Positions 1 through 9,804 of a stretch of 64,000 nucleotides of DNA are shown piece by piece. Position 1 is the stretch's first letter; each line of letters opens with the position of its first letter. This stretch comes from Nitrosopumilaceae archaeon (GTDB lineage Archaea; Thermoproteota; Nitrososphaeria; Nitrososphaerales; Nitrosopumilaceae). Below the pieces are notes generated by a model that worked only from the letters and a program-made list of their open reading frames with translations, made no database searches and was not told where the DNA came from. Where the stretch lies: NCBI GenBank assembly GCA_965207375.1, contig OZ242274.1, positions 1,856,001-1,920,000 on the forward strand, given 5' to 3'. A program made the position numbers and the translations under genes.

Positions 1-188
1 ATCATAATCCTCAGATATACAAAAAATATCGATTACAGTTTTGCATAACAGCAACCAAGTATAACCTCAGAATCGCCCTCTAAGATTTGCCGTATCGTGC
101 CACAATGACTAGACAGTTTCAAAAGGATATTACATAAACTCGATCTTTTACTATTTGTTTTTAAAATAGGAGATAGACTGTAAAACTA

Positions 189-839
189 GTGAATACTCAG
201 CAAGCATATCAGACCTTAGAATTAGACAGGAATGCGTCACTTGACACAATTAAAAATGCATATAGAAAACTAGCACTAGAATCACATCCTGACAAAAATT
301 CAAATGAACAAGACGGTCTGAAATTCAAAAAGGTAACAGAGGCATATCATGTCTTAAAAAAACATTATGAGACAGGAACTGCAAAATACAACTCAAGACG
401 GCAAGAGCCAAAACCACAGTGGGGGGCACCTCCAAAAGACAATCCCCCAGAAGAAGACTGGGGCAAATTTACCAAAGAGTTTGAAGAAGGAGATCCCACA
501 TGGTGGAAGGAGTATGAAAAAAAATTCTGGGAAGAGTATGATAAAACAATTAATGCAGATGGAAAAAATGGAGAGTTTGAAAAAACCGCAGAGCCCAAAA
601 AACAGCCAGATTTGCTAGTTGACGTGGATCAAAGCCTATGTATAGGTTGTTGCAGTTGTGAGATTATAGCACCCAATGTGTTTCATATTGACAAAAAAAC
701 ACAGACAAACCCAAAATCCAAAGTGATTAACGCAAGGGGTGCGGGAATAAACAAGATAATGAATGCCGCAGAAACGTGTCCTACCAAAGCAATTAACGTA
801 AACAACAAAGATACAAAGGAAAGGTTATTTCCCTACTAG
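189..839 (+). CDS. DnaJ domain-ferredoxin fusion protein (DnaJ-Fer)
   Basis: N-terminal J domain with HPD motif; C-terminal CIGCCSC...CP ferredoxin motif. Confidence 0.92.
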   Translation: MNTQQAYQTLELDRNASLDTIKNAYRKLALESHPDKNSNEQDGLKFKKVTEAYHVLKKHYETGTAKYNSRRQEPKPQWGAPPKDNPPEEDWGKFTKEFEEGDPTWWKEYEKKFWEEYDKTINADGKNGEFEKTAEPKKQPDLLVDVDQSLCIGCCSCEIIAPNVFHIDKKTQTNPKSKVINARGAGINKIMNAAETCPTKAINVNNKDTKERLFPY

Positions 840-1252
840 ATGCTTAACTTGTTTTGTAATTGACAGAGTTTTTCCTCATCCAAACAGATCTTGTTTTTAA
901 ACATAGAGTGTACAGCTGCTGCACCGTCAGAATCGGATCTAGGAATCAAATGAGCGTGAACGTGTGGTATCTCCTGTCCGCTTTGTTTGCCATTATGTAT
1001 TGCAATCAAGGTTGCATTTGTCAAAGAGTCAACCTTGGATATTAGCTTGTGGACCGCATCAAAAAGACTAGCATTAATATCAAGAGGCATCTCCTGAACC
1101 TTTTCATAATGTTGTTTTGGAATGACTAGGCAGTGTCCCTCAGATAGAGGAAACGCATCCAAAAACGCTAGCACATGATCAGTTTCAAATAATTTTTTTG
1201 AAGGAATATCACCTGATACTATCTTGCAAAATATACAGTCCATAATGAACAT
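836..1252 (-). CDS. HIT family hydrolase
   Basis: CIFC N-terminus and HVHAH histidine triad; likely start at MDCIFC. Confidence 0.92.
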   Translation of the reverse strand: MFIMDCIFCKIVSGDIPSKKLFETDHVLAFLDAFPLSEGHCLVIPKQHYEKVQEMPLDINASLFDAVHKLISKVDSLTNATLIAIHNGKQSGQEIPHVHAHLIPRSDSDGAAAVHSMFKNKICLDEEKLCQLQNKLSI

Positions 1253-1277
1253 TACAAGACATGAAATATTTAAAATA

Positions 1278-1556
1278 TCATGGAACTATTTCGGCCCATG
1301 CAAGACCGTGGCCATACCGGATATTGACAACCTCTCCTGTAGTCAAATTGCAGTTTTTGATAGTTTTAGGAATATCATCAGATGTTTCAACATAACATGT
1401 TCTGTTATCATTTTTTAAAATTTCAACCTCTTCAAAGACATCTTCTCGTATAAGATTCCAAAATGGAAATACCACAGTTGCAATTATAATTGCAGCCAAG
1501 GCCAAAGAGCCACCAAAAATTATTCCGTATTTTTGGCCAAAACTGAGTTCAGTCAA
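1278..1556 (-). CDS. Small membrane-anchored hypothetical protein
   Basis: One TM helix (IIFGGSLALAAIIIATVVFPFW) then a small beta domain; TTG start chosen just after the upstream gene stop. Confidence 0.7.
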   Translation of the reverse strand: MTELSFGQKYGIIFGGSLALAAIIIATVVFPFWNLIREDVFEEVEILKNDNRTCYVETSDDIPKTIKNCNLTTGEVVNIRYGHGLAWAEIVP

Positions 1557-1557
1557 T

Positions 1558-1722
1558 TTACCACGTGCCGTCTCCGCCGCCACTAGGATCAAATTTTTTC
1601 TCAGGAATGTTTCCGTGAGCCTTTTTCATGTGTTTTTCAAGGCGTTGGGGCATATGCAGTTCCATACCGCATTCTTTGCATTTGGTACCTTTCTCATCTT
1701 TTTTTCGTCCAAAGAGTCCCAT
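1558..1722 (-). CDS. Small C2H2 zinc-finger protein (54 aa, not in ORF track)
   Basis: Manual translation MGLFGRKKDEKGTKCKECGMELHMPQRLEKHMKKAHGNIPEKKFDPSGGGDGTW; C-x2-C-x12-H-x4-H; fills the gap between genes. Confidence 0.8.
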   Translation of the reverse strand: MGLFGRKKDEKGTKCKECGMELHMPQRLEKHMKKAHGNIPEKKFDPSGGGDGTW

Positions 1723-1773
1723 TAAAAATTCAATTTTTGAAATACATTATAAAGGATACTAGATACACTGCAA

Positions 1774-2919
1774 ATGATGGATGTAAAAAACATCACCGTT
1801 TTAGGTTCTGGAGTTATGGGTCACGGAATAGCGCAGGTATCTGCAACTGCAGGATACAACATAGTTCTCAGAGACATCAAACAGGAATTTCTAGACAAGG
1901 CAATGGAGAAGGTAAGATGGAGTTTGGACAAGATGGTGTCCAAAGAAAAAATTTCAAAGGAGAATAAAGATGCAATCCTAGGTAGAATTAAACCAGTGGT
2001 GGATCTAAAAGAGGCAGTACGTGATGCAGAACTCATAATTGAGGTAGTACCAGAAATTATGGAATTAAAAAAAACAGTATATGCAGAACTAGACACGGTG
2101 GTAGGCAAAGAGGTAATTTTGGCATCAAACACTAGCACGCTGCCCATTACTGAAATTGCAAATACAATTTCACAACCAGGTAGATTCATCGGAATACATT
2201 TTTTCAATCCGCCACAATTAATGAAACTAGTCGAAATAATTCCAGGAGAGAAAACCTCGCAGGACATAATAGATATAACAAAAGAATATGTAAAAACAGT
2301 CAACAAGGAGGCAGTTTTATGCAAAAGAGATGTTCCCGGATTTATAATAAACCGGTTGTTTATTCCAATGGTGCATGAGGCCTGCTATGTCATGGAGAGA
2401 ACCGGCGCATCTCTTGAAGAGATAGACTCTGCTGTGAAATTCAAGCTCGGGTTTCCAATGGGAATTTTTGAGTTGGCAGACTTTACAGGTATTGACATAA
2501 TCCACAAAGCAAGTGTCGAGATGCATTTGCGTGATACAAAGGTCATCTTGCCACATCCCATAATTGAAAAGATGTTTGATGCTAAGAAATTGGGTCAAAA
2601 ATCAGGGCAAGGTTTTTACAAATATTCAGATGACAAATATGAGCGAGTGACACTATCAGAGGAATTAGCAGAAAGGTTTGATCCTATTCAATTAGTTGCA
2701 AACATTATCAACAATGCAGCATGGTTGGTTACAAACAAAGTAAGCGATATTGAAGAATTAGAAAAGGCAGCAAAATTGGGATTGGGTTTGAAAAAACCAA
2801 TGTTTGAAACAGCCAAGGAGACAGGTATGGAAAAAATTGTGGCAGAATTAAACAAATTAGCGCAAGAATATGGAGAGTTTTACAAGCCTGACTCTTTGTT
2901 AGATTCTACAAGTTGGTAG
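1774..2919 (+). CDS. 3-hydroxyacyl(butyryl)-CoA dehydrogenase, plausibly of the 3HP/4HB cycle
   Basis: GSGVMG Rossmann motif, ASNTS, HFFNPP, PGFIINR. Confidence 0.92.
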   Translation: MMDVKNITVLGSGVMGHGIAQVSATAGYNIVLRDIKQEFLDKAMEKVRWSLDKMVSKEKISKENKDAILGRIKPVVDLKEAVRDAELIIEVVPEIMELKKTVYAELDTVVGKEVILASNTSTLPITEIANTISQPGRFIGIHFFNPPQLMKLVEIIPGEKTSQDIIDITKEYVKTVNKEAVLCKRDVPGFIINRLFIPMVHEACYVMERTGASLEEIDSAVKFKLGFPMGIFELADFTGIDIIHKASVEMHLRDTKVILPHPIIEKMFDAKKLGQKSGQGFYKYSDDKYERVTLSEELAERFDPIQLVANIINNAAWLVTNKVSDIEELEKAAKLGLGLKKPMFETAKETGMEKIVAELNKLAQEYGEFYKPDSLLDSTSW

Positions 2920-3339
2920 TTTTTTTGGTGATTTTTAGAAACTAGGCAAAGTTGAATTCAGAGTATTGCGACAGGTATACTCAATTTTGTAAAGACGTTT
3001 TTGTACAAACATGATTGAAAAATAACCAAAGGTTACAACTTGTTTATGTAGCATGCCTGAAATCATGATTTTGATATTTTTGTACAACGTGGTTACAAAA
3101 ATCTTTATTTTGGTTGAGAGAATCAACAAAGAAATGAAAATCTCACCGTATAAAATCACGTCAAGTATTGTTGTTTTGCAAAATCCACATCAAACAAATA
3201 CAGTGTATCTTTTATCAGCAGGTACAAGTTATCTAGATTCAATTACACCGACAAAAAACTGCAACATGTCTGAATTTGAAACAGATGTAATCTTTGACAT
3301 ACAGTGTATGCTTGAAACTAGTTTTGGAGATGTACCAAA

Positions 3340-4287
3340 TTGAAGGCAGTAAAATTTGATGGCGATACACTAGTATTTGATTCTGACTTTGAACCAAAAC
3401 CTGATGAATCCATCATCAAAGTAGACCTTGCAGGAATTTGCGGGACAGATTTGGAGATTCTTAAAGGATACATGGATTATCATGGTGTTTTAGGACATGA
3501 ATTTGTCGGGACCGTGAAATCCTCAGAAAATCCGAGTTTGATTGGAAAACGGGTTGTAGGTGAAATCAATGCATCTTGTGGCAGTTGTGATTCATGTGCA
3601 AGAGGATTAGAACGTCACTGTCCCACTAGAACCGTTTTGGGCATATTAAACAGAAGTGGTGCCTTTGCAGAATATCTATCATTGCCTGCAAAGAATCTAC
3701 ATGTAATTCCAGATTCTGTATCAGATGAGGAGGCAGTCTTTGTAGAGCCTCTAGCTGCTGCATTTGAAATTAAAGAGCAAATAGCAATAAAGCAGGATTG
3801 GAAAATAGCAGTTGTAGGCGATGGTAGACTAGCACAGCTTATCGTCATGGTGTTAAATATGTCATCAAAAAACATAACCTGTTTTGGGCATCATCAAAGT
3901 AAACTCCAAAGATTAGAAAGGCTAGGGGTGCCAACAAAAAATAACATTGAGACATCAGACAAATATGATTTTGATCTAGTAATAGAGGCAACAGGAAGCT
4001 CATCAGGATTTGAAGATGCACTAAATATTGTAAAGCCTCGCGGTACTGTAATCTTAAAATCCACAATTACATCTAGAAAAAATTTAGATCTTACTGCTAC
4101 AATTGTAAATGAAATTACTGTTATAGGCTCTAGATGCGGTCCATTTAGACCCGCAATAGAAGCTCTAGCAAGCGGAATCATTTCAGTAAAAGATCTAGTT
4201 GACTCAATATACCCATTAACAGAGTTTACAAAAGCAGTCGAGCAAGCAAAAAAGCCTCAAACAATGAAGGTGCTTTTAAGACCATAA
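3340..4287 (+). CDS. Zinc-dependent alcohol dehydrogenase (MDR family)
   Basis: GICGTD, GHE, CxxCxxCx7C structural zinc site. Confidence 0.9.
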   Translation: MKAVKFDGDTLVFDSDFEPKPDESIIKVDLAGICGTDLEILKGYMDYHGVLGHEFVGTVKSSENPSLIGKRVVGEINASCGSCDSCARGLERHCPTRTVLGILNRSGAFAEYLSLPAKNLHVIPDSVSDEEAVFVEPLAAAFEIKEQIAIKQDWKIAVVGDGRLAQLIVMVLNMSSKNITCFGHHQSKLQRLERLGVPTKNNIETSDKYDFDLVIEATGSSSGFEDALNIVKPRGTVILKSTITSRKNLDLTATIVNEITVIGSRCGPFRPAIEALASGIISVKDLVDSIYPLTEFTKAVEQAKKPQTMKVLLRP

Positions 4288-4506
4288 ATGTCCACGTTTG
4301 TAAATCTTTATTTCTAAAATCATTGTCTTTCCAAAAAGCAAAATTTGTCAGATTAAATCTAAGATGATTTTGCACATAGTTAGGTTGTCAAATGCTGAAA
4401 AATCGTACATGTTCAGGTAGCCCAAATCAAAGTTGAAATAATTTTGATAAAAAGTATACAAAACTAGACCAAAGCTTTTTGATCCTACCAGATGTCACTG
4501 TATCGT

Positions 4507-4665
4507 ATGAGCGAATCCGAGGTTGTGATCCTACACAAAAAGATGAACAAACTACATGATAAAATAGACACTCTGACAGGCACAATGCAGGAACAAGCAG
4601 GAACAATACAGACACAGGTAAAAGAGATGACCCCCATGAAAGAAACGTACAAACTCTGGTCATAA
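4507..4665 (+). pseudogene. Short coiled-coil ORF, possible transposase N-terminal remnant
   Basis: Manual translation MSESEVVILHKKMNKLHDKIDTLTGTMQEQAGTIQTQVKEMTPMKETYKLWS; lies immediately before the IS110 remnant. Confidence 0.3.
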
Positions 4666-4678
4666 ATTTTTCAGGTAT

Positions 4679-5015
4679 GACATTTCACGATTCCGTCATC
4701 CATCAAAGCTTGTATCATGGATGGGACTGTGTTCTACGGTATACCAGTCAGGCAACACGACATGACAAGATGCACAAGGATGTAAACTCAAATGTAAAGT
4801 GGATAATGATTCAGGCAGCAAAGACTGCATCACTTCATGATTCCAGGATGGAACAGATCTATGAAAACAGTCGCAAGTCACATCCGTACGGAATAGCAGT
4901 ATCCAAGGTTGCAAACAAACTTGGCAAGATAATCTGGTTCATGTTACGAGATGATCTGCCGTACAAGCAACGCAAGAATAAACTGTATACGACAAAGCTT
5001 CTCAAGCTACATTAG
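4679..5015 (+). pseudogene. IS110-family transposase C-terminal remnant (frameshifted)
   Basis: One frame reads DISRFRHPSKLVSWMGLCSTVYQSGN; a shift near 4760 continues KWIMIQAA...AVSKVANKLGKIIWFML; the N-terminal RuvC-like domain is missing. Confidence 0.85.
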
Positions 5016-5241
5016 GATGGCATCTGCAGGTGGTGACTCACCTCCTGCCCCGCCACCCACCCAATGATTGCATTAGGATTAGGATGAAACACACTAGCGG
5101 ATACTAAGCTTGTACAATGTGATGCTATCAGTGCAGTCAGGCACGAATCTTTCCCTAATCTTTATCAATGCACAAATCAAGTCAAGATAGACCGAAAGTA
5201 TCAGGATAGTCCATCCTGCGGCCCGGAAATTTACATAGATG
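5016..5241 (+). ncRNA. Candidate IS110/IS1111 3' non-coding guide (bridge/seek) RNA
   Basis: Non-coding segment directly after the IS110 stop with three complementary stem sets; boundaries approximate. Confidence 0.45.
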
Positions 5242-5334
5242 AATTTTTCAAGTATGTTCAAAAACTAGACATAGAATCAGAGGCGACCGGATTATGTACG
5301 AAAAACTAATCATCCAATATTTATTAACCCATGA

Positions 5335-6282
5335 TTGGGTCAAAATATGCAAGACAGGACTCTTCTAATTGGGATAGGTCTTATTTCTGTGCCTTTTGTT
5401 GTTGCCTTGTCAATTCATCCAGACAGTTTTGGCTTTAGTTGGAATCAGGGCAGAGGCGGATTCATATTTGCATTAGCGTTTGTAGTTGCAGAATTAATAG
5501 GGTTGAAATTATCTATTTCAAGGACGCGTCTGTTTGCAGCCATACCAATAACTGCAATAGTTGTAGGATATTTTGTTAGCTTGGAATACGGATTGCGTCA
5601 GGGAATTATTGAGGCAGCAGACAGTTACAATGTACAATTAATTGATTCTTGGACTTGGATGTGGGACTTTGTAGTCATTGCAGTTTATGTTGGTATAGTT
5701 CTTTTCATATTCTTTGGCAGACGTTGGATTCGCATTGGTCCTGCAGGACCAATATTTTTGGCAGGAAGTGCAGCTATTCTTTCCCTTGATGCATTTTTCC
5801 CATATGATACTTTGGGCCCGCTACAGTACGTTGTTCCATATCTTGTTCAAACCAATGTTTGGATAATTACCGCATTAGATCTTGGAACCGCAACTGCACG
5901 TGATAATATAATGTTTCTTCGCGGTGATTTTGGACCCATGGTGTTACAGGTATTTTGGCCTTCGGCAGGAGTTCACAGTGTAATTATTTACTCACTTGTG
6001 ATGATGGCATTTTTGCTCAAAATGAGAATTCCAAGAAATCGCAAATCAATATACTTTGTAATTGGGATTTTAGGCACTATAGGAGTAAACATGATTAGGA
6101 TATTCTCACTGTCAGTTTACGCTCTAAAGGTGACTACTGATGCAGCACAATGGGAGGAATTCCACAAGATTGCAGGAGAAATAATGTTCCTGCCTTGGCT
6201 GTTTGCTTTTTTAATAATTGTGATGGCAATAGAATCAAGGCGCCTCAAACGCGAGGAGGCAAATTCTAAAAGTAATTTGTAA
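5335..6282 (+). CDS. Thaumarchaeosortase (archaeosortase/exosortase family)
   Basis: Multi-TM protein with WPSAGVHS, N-x2-R and FH motifs of the family; Ser replaces the catalytic Cys. Confidence 0.88.
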   Translation: MGQNMQDRTLLIGIGLISVPFVVALSIHPDSFGFSWNQGRGGFIFALAFVVAELIGLKLSISRTRLFAAIPITAIVVGYFVSLEYGLRQGIIEAADSYNVQLIDSWTWMWDFVVIAVYVGIVLFIFFGRRWIRIGPAGPIFLAGSAAILSLDAFFPYDTLGPLQYVVPYLVQTNVWIITALDLGTATARDNIMFLRGDFGPMVLQVFWPSAGVHSVIIYSLVMMAFLLKMRIPRNRKSIYFVIGILGTIGVNMIRIFSLSVYALKVTTDAAQWEEFHKIAGEIMFLPWLFAFLIIVMAIESRRLKREEANSKSNL

Positions 6283-7375
6283 TATTACCTTGCCCTGAAA
6301 TTTCTGTTAGCTCCGAAACCCTTACACCTAACCTTCTGATTAGCAAGTCTTGGCCATCGAGTGCTTCGGCTAACAACAGCTGAGTCGTCTTTTCTAATTC
6401 CTCTAGGCTACAAGTGGGATTTCGCAGCATCTTTGATTTGGTTTTGCTTGACAGGTCAAACTGGTAAAATTGAATTCCTATTGATTTGAACATTTTGCCA
6501 TTTTTTAAAACGGTTTGATGAAGCTGCTTGCATATTTGTTTTAATGCAGGAAGTAAAAAGTTAAAATCTTTTGAATCCTGTTTTAATGTTATAATTTTGC
6601 TGTATTGGATGCTTGACTCTCGTTCTCTGACCGGTTCTGTATCGATTCCTCGAGTTGCATTGTAGATAAATGTACCACTTTTTCTGCCAAATTGTTGATT
6701 CAATGTAAAAACATCTAGTTTTTTCAGATCTTGGATTGTTTCTAAATTCATCTTGGTAAATTTTTCTTCTGTTTTTTTTCCAATGCCTGGAATTGCTCTA
6801 ATTTTTAATTTCTCTAAAAATACACTAGTGTTTTCTGGTTCTACAATTGTCAGGCCATCAGGTTTTTTAAAATCAGATGCAATTTTGGATACAAGTTTAT
6901 TTTGTGAAACACCTACAGAACATGTTAGTTTGGTTTTTTCACGAATTTGATTTTTGATTTGTTGTGCCAAATGACTTGCACGTTTAAAATCGCCCTCGGT
7001 TCTTTTTGTAACATCCAAGTATGCCTCATCCCTGCCCACATATTCAAACACGTCTGCATTTTGACACATAACTTTCATTGCATTTTGTGAAATTTCAGAA
7101 TAATACTCAAAATCTACTGGCAAAAATACTGCATCTGGAATGTCTGCAAGTCTTTGTCTTGCAAATTTTATTGGTAATGCCGATTTTACTCTATATTTTC
7201 TTGCCACATAATTTGCAGTTGCTACTGCTCCTGTGTCATTACCTCTATCGGAAAATACACATACAACTATTGGCTTTCCCTTAATTGTAGGGTTGCGGAT
7301 TTCCTCACATTGTGCAAAAAAATAGTCAAAATCTATATGAAAAATTACACGCTTGCTCATTGTTTTTAGTGGCAT
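6266..7375 (-). CDS. dinB: DNA polymerase IV (Y family)
   Basis: HIDFDYFFA, ATANYVAR, DEAYLD, KIASDFKKPDG. Confidence 0.95.
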   Translation of the reverse strand: MPLKTMSKRVIFHIDFDYFFAQCEEIRNPTIKGKPIVVCVFSDRGNDTGAVATANYVARKYRVKSALPIKFARQRLADIPDAVFLPVDFEYYSEISQNAMKVMCQNADVFEYVGRDEAYLDVTKRTEGDFKRASHLAQQIKNQIREKTKLTCSVGVSQNKLVSKIASDFKKPDGLTIVEPENTSVFLEKLKIRAIPGIGKKTEEKFTKMNLETIQDLKKLDVFTLNQQFGRKSGTFIYNATRGIDTEPVRERESSIQYSKIITLKQDSKDFNFLLPALKQICKQLHQTVLKNGKMFKSIGIQFYQFDLSSKTKSKMLRNPTCSLEELEKTTQLLLAEALDGQDLLIRRLGVRVSELTEISGQGNITNYF

Positions 7376-7436
7376 TGATTGTTATTTTAATATCAATAGC
7401 AGTTCATCTAAATAATGCAAAAATTTACTATAGTTT

Positions 7437-7682
7437 GTGACCTCTCCTGTAACCGTAAATGACGATGGTGTAAACCTTAAACCCGAATTAATGGAAAAAG
7501 AACAACTCTATCATTGCATTTTTAAAGAAAAATTAATGCTATTTTTCAAGGATTCTCAGGATTTTCTAAATTGTTATGAAATTGAAGAAAAAGGATTAGT
7601 TGATCAGGCAAAAACTGCATCTGATGCAGATATAGAAAAAATATTTGAAGAATATTTGAGAACTCAAGACCTTAATAATTAA
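7437..7682 (+). CDS. Hypothetical protein
   Basis: 81-aa ORF filling the intergenic space, protein-like composition. Confidence 0.7.
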   Translation: MTSPVTVNDDGVNLKPELMEKEQLYHCIFKEKLMLFFKDSQDFLNCYEIEEKGLVDQAKTASDADIEKIFEEYLRTQDLNN

Positions 7683-7719
7683 ATAAAAGCAAAATAAGTT
7701 TTTGTGACGACGATACGAA

Positions 7720-8217
7720 TTGAGCGACCCTAAAAAATCAAAAGATGCAGAAGATATTTTATCAGAATTTAATCAGGTTAAACAACCAGAGCCTGCTGTA
7801 GAACCAGAGCCTGCTGTAGAACCAGAGCCTGCTGTAGAACCAGAGCCTGCTGTAGAACCAGAGCCTGCTGTAGAACCAGAGCCTGCTGTAGAACCAAAAT
7901 CAGAACCAGAAAGACAGATAACTGATAACAAAGGTACCAACACTACGCAGCATGATGTGATTTTTGTAGGAACAAAACCCATCATGACCTATGTTACTGC
8001 CACGCTAACACAGTTAGCATCCTACGAAGTTGTAACTGTAAAGGCACGTGGTAAGCGGATAACACAAGCAGTCGATGTTACTCAAATGATAGTTAAAAGA
8101 ATGAACACTGTAGGTTATGTAATATCTGATGTAAGAATCTCTTCTAGTTCTTTAACATCCCAAGATGGTAAAGAGAGAAATATTTCTATAATTGAGCTTG
8201 ACATTACTAAAAAATAA
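7720..8217 (+). CDS. Alba-family DNA/RNA-binding protein with acidic Pro-rich N-terminal extension
   Basis: IFVGTKPIMTYV, VKARGKRITQAVDV, NISIIELDI Alba motifs. Confidence 0.88.
   Translation: MSDPKKSKDAEDILSEFNQVKQPEPAVEPEPAVEPEPAVEPEPAVEPEPAVEPEPAVEPKSEPERQITDNKGTNTTQHDVIFVGTKPIMTYVTATLTQLASYEVVTVKARGKRITQAVDVTQMIVKRMNTVGYVISDVRISSSSLTSQDGKERNISIIELDITKK
7784..7896 (+). repeat. 18-bp perfect tandem repeat x6 (PEPAVE)
   Basis: AACCAGAGCCTGCTGTAG repeated six times identically. Confidence 0.97.
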
Positions 8218-8440
8218 TCAAAACAAAATAGTTTTCAGTATTGCTATTTCGATTGCCGTTGTAGGTTTGATTTCAGTTTCCTTACAAGAATCTTGTGAAA
8301 TCAAACATGTTTTATTAATCAAAGATATGGATACACATGAACAGTATCTTGATCCTGATTTTTGTTACTCTTTACTAGAACAAATTGATGCATTTAATGA
8401 ACAATGTGATGCATATCTTGAAATCCCGGATTGTGGTTAA
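8192..8440 (+). CDS. Small membrane-anchored Cys-containing hypothetical protein
   Basis: N-terminal TM, four Cys, ends in DCG. Confidence 0.65.
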   Translation: MSLTLLKNNQNKIVFSIAISIAVVGLISVSLQESCEIKHVLLIKDMDTHEQYLDPDFCYSLLEQIDAFNEQCDAYLEIPDCG

Positions 8441-9051
8441 AGATATATCAAAAAAGTTATTCCAAAATAGATCAACACCACACTGATTATAACACCGATT
8501 ATTTTGTAATGTTTCTCAGATAAAAATCTGCTACCTTTTGATGCCAAAAATGCAGTAGACCCCAACCATGCAAAATCCATCCATATATGTAGACCAAACA
8601 TTACAAAAATGCCGTAAAATGACCAAATTTCCATTGAATCTGAAATTAATTTAAAACCAATTGTGAACCACCATATAATAAAAAATGGATTGAGTGCACT
8701 CAAAATGATCCCTGTCAGAATCGGATTTTGTGTTTGTTTTTTTACACTAGTTGATTTTTCAAAAATTACATTTCGTATTTGTAATCCTGCAAATGCAAAT
8801 AATCCAACAGCTCCAATTATTGCTATAATTATTCTAAATTCTGGAATAGATTCAAGAGAAATGATTCCAACGCCTATGGTTATGATTAAGGGTAACTCTA
8901 CAATTGCATGTCCTAATGCGATGTATATTCCTGATTTTGTACCCTGCTTTATTCCATATAGTATATTGGAAGCAAATAATGGTCCAGGAGACATAACCCC
9001 CGAAGTTGAGATAAGAATTACCGCAGCTGCGAAAATGAAAAACTCTTGCAT
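8437..9051 (-). CDS. LysE family transporter
   Basis: SGVMSPGP, GHAIVE, LNPFF motifs; multi-TM. Confidence 0.9.
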   Translation of the reverse strand: MQEFFIFAAAVILISTSGVMSPGPLFASNILYGIKQGTKSGIYIALGHAIVELPLIITIGVGIISLESIPEFRIIIAIIGAVGLFAFAGLQIRNVIFEKSTSVKKQTQNPILTGIILSALNPFFIIWWFTIGFKLISDSMEIWSFYGIFVMFGLHIWMDFAWLGSTAFLASKGSRFLSEKHYKIIGVIISVVLIYFGITFLIYL

Positions 9052-9087
9052 GAATACAATTTTAAAATAATACGCAAAATAATACAG

Positions 9088-9804
9088 TTATCCATACATG
9101 TTGTCTCTTAGATGCCTAGATTCTTCTTCGGTTTCTCGGATGATCTTTTCTGCCTTTTGGGCTTCATCTTGTAACAGTTCTATATCACAAGAAGCGCCAG
9201 GTACTAGTTTTGACATAGAATCACATAGTTTTGCACTTGCCTTAAAATCAGGACCTTTTGCCTCAGAGTGAAAAATTATGACAACTACATTTTGACCTTC
9301 TAACATTCCTTCGTTTAATAAACAGCCAGGAATGCCCGGTATTGTCCCCTGATTTAGTACGTTTATTCCTGCATCTTGGATTCTTTTTCTAGCTTCACTG
9401 GTACTAGCAGCTGCTAGTACTCCGTCTGCAAGTTTTGGCATTTTAATTGCAACACTTGAAACAATTAACGAAATTTTATGCTCCTTTGCCCATCTTAACA
9501 TTGCGCGCGTAACGGTTCGGTGTAATGATTCATGAATTGTTAGATATGATGAAAAAATTCCAACCCTTAGATCATTGTTAACAAATATTCTTGCAGGATA
9601 ATTTGGTTTGCCATCACGTATAAGACTAACCGGTGGAAAATTATCCGAATCAATAATTCCTGCCTGCGTAAACTGGGATGTGTGTATCATAGATTCAGTC
9701 GCTATAGCACTTGAAAATCCGATGGATGGAAATCCATCTATCAAATATCCTCCTTCTAGTTTGATCTCTTCTAATTCCTTTATTTTTATCTCAGAAATGG
9801 ACAT
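9088..9804 (-). CDS. PAC2-family proteasome assembly chaperone
   Basis: DGFPSIG, FPPV, GPD motifs. Confidence 0.85.
   Translation of the reverse strand: MSISEIKIKELEEIKLEGGYLIDGFPSIGFSSAIATESMIHTSQFTQAGIIDSDNFPPVSLIRDGKPNYPARIFVNNDLRVGIFSSYLTIHESLHRTVTRAMLRWAKEHKISLIVSSVAIKMPKLADGVLAAASTSEARKRIQDAGINVLNQGTIPGIPGCLLNEGMLEGQNVVVIIFHSEAKGPDFKASAKLCDSMSKLVPGASCDIELLQDEAQKAEKIIRETEEESRHLRDNMYG

Noticed and set aside
2935-3343. ORFs 3053..3343 and 2935..3159
   Set aside because: No recognisable motifs; may be decayed sequence, and a product cannot be supported.
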